Shown here piece after piece: positions 62,591 through 64,000 of a DNA stretch of 64,000 nucleotides (the stretch's first letter is position 1; each line of letters starts with the position of its first letter). Both the position numbers and the translations under genes were made by a program. The DNA is from Schmidtea polychroa (taxonomy: Eukaryota): contig CM097885.1 in assembly GCA_044892525.1 (NCBI GenBank), forward strand, positions 3,968,001 through 4,032,000, written 5' to 3'. The notes below the pieces were generated by a model. It did not search any database. It was given only the letters and a program-made list of their open reading frames with translations, and was not told where the DNA came from.

Positions 62591-63499
62591 GTTACTCATT
62601 GAATTTTTAATAAATCATAAAAAAATAAAACATAAAACATATAAAACTCGCAAAAAAAAAATAATAGTTGCTACTAATTATACCATAAAATTAATTATTT
62701 AATGATATCGAGTGAAAAGAGAAGTGTCCTTTAAAAGTCCTTTAATTTTACATTCAGATATTACAAATAATAAATTACTTAATCAGATTACATATTAATG
62801 CAAAACTAAAATTTTCCAAAGTATCCGTTCGAAATAGGTAAGATTTAATTCTAAAGTTTTGTTGAAGTAATAACTCGACTGATTTGTGGGCTGAATCGAT
62901 GGTTTTGTTTTCAATTTCTCCTAGGTTGTCCTGATGATTGATCTATATAACTGTTGAACGCTAAATGGTTAATTTGTTAACACTGCATGTAATTAAAAGT
63001 CTTCTTACCTAAATGGTTAATTTGTTAACAATGAAATTTTTGTTTCAGTGCTTACCTTATATACTAATTTTTGCGTATGTGCGGACCAATCAAAATTGAG
63101 TGCCGCTTAATTATTTATTTTAATTTAATTTTTATGTTTTTTGATAATTTTCTTATTTTTTCTTTATTTTTATTATATTTTTTATTTATTTTCTTAATTT
63201 TCTTATTAACTACTTGATTTTTGTGTTATTTTCCTTATTATTGCAGTTTTTCTTATCTTAATTTTTAATTTTAATTTTTTGTTTTAGTTTTCATTGCCTA
63301 ATTTATTATTTCTTCTTTATTATGTGTCTTATTTTATTTTTAATTTTTTGTTTATTTTTACTCATTTGTTTATCATGTTTGTCTTAATGCTATTTTCTTA
63401 TTTTTTATTTCAATTCAGCCCAACAGTAGTTTTTCATTGTATAGTTCCGTAGGGCATTCGTTTTTATTGAGTGAGAAATATCCTGATTTTGATGGTTTA

Positions 63500-64000
63500 A
63501 ATTAAAATTTACTTTTGTGCAAGGTTAACTGTTTCTGTCAGTGCTTTCTAATTGATATTTAAGAGAGAGATGTTGGTATAATATCGCCTGCATTAGCTAA
63601 TATGCTGATATTATGTCCATGGAAAAGAAAAGGATGATCTACTAGGATTTATTTAGTATAAAATCAATTGCTAACCAAAAATAAGTCATAGATATTGAGC
63701 AACCTTGTTTAACCCCCTTTATAAAAGGTACTGAAGATGATTTTTCTCCTTCACATTCAAAGAAGGTTTCTACACCATTATACATATCTTTAATTAGATT
63801 TACGGTTTTGTCGATAAGACCCATTTCTGTTAAATTGTGCCATATGAGGTCATGTTTGATGGACCCGAAGGCGTCTGAAATATCCACGGTCGGTCTTTGC
63901 ATAGCCAAGTGATCCCTTAATAGTTTCAAAATCTCCTCCTTAGGTTTAATTTTAAATTTAAATCTTTTAACAGATAAAAGTTCACAGTCAGATTTTAATT
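63500..64000 (-). mobile_element. Non-LTR RT fragment (duplicate of 16998-17500)
   Basis: DISDAFGSIKH...GVKQGCSISM. Confidence 0.85.

Larger units (their letters stand above)
59435..63425 (-). mobile_element. Inverted duplicate of the 4.0-kb TG...CA element
   Basis: GTAG|TGCTGGGG ... CAGCCCAACA|GTAG. Confidence 0.88.

Overview
AT-rich eukaryotic DNA with 36-50 nt GT-AG introns; the organism cannot be identified from the sequence alone. The window is a transposon-dense, segmentally duplicated cluster. The only intact-looking genes are three TRAF-like paralogues (RING variant, TRAF zinc finger, coiled coil, MATH) at 8446-9870, 34067-35515 and 51996-53417, all on the minus strand. There is also one 3'-truncated copy and one orphan MATH fragment. 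Between two recently duplicated copies the MATH exon has diverged far more than the flanking DNA. Around these genes lie: (1) a family of TG...CA elements with 4-bp target-site duplications, one empty site inside the window, no RT or integrase, an unidentified CxxC/coiled-coil ORF and a covarying RNA structure; (2) an endogenised CRESS-DNA-virus-type Rep pseudogene; (3) Penelope-type inverted repeats with minimal hammerhead ribozymes; (4) a gag-env retroelement lacking pol, whose env resembles chuvirus/Pao-type glycoproteins; (5) decayed Gypsy, non-LTR, Tc1/IS630 and hAT elements; (6) stranded host-gene fragments (ENGase/GH85, a MAP3K-like kinase); (7) satellites. All family assignments are by-eye motif recognition, and element boundaries without a cited TSD are approximate.
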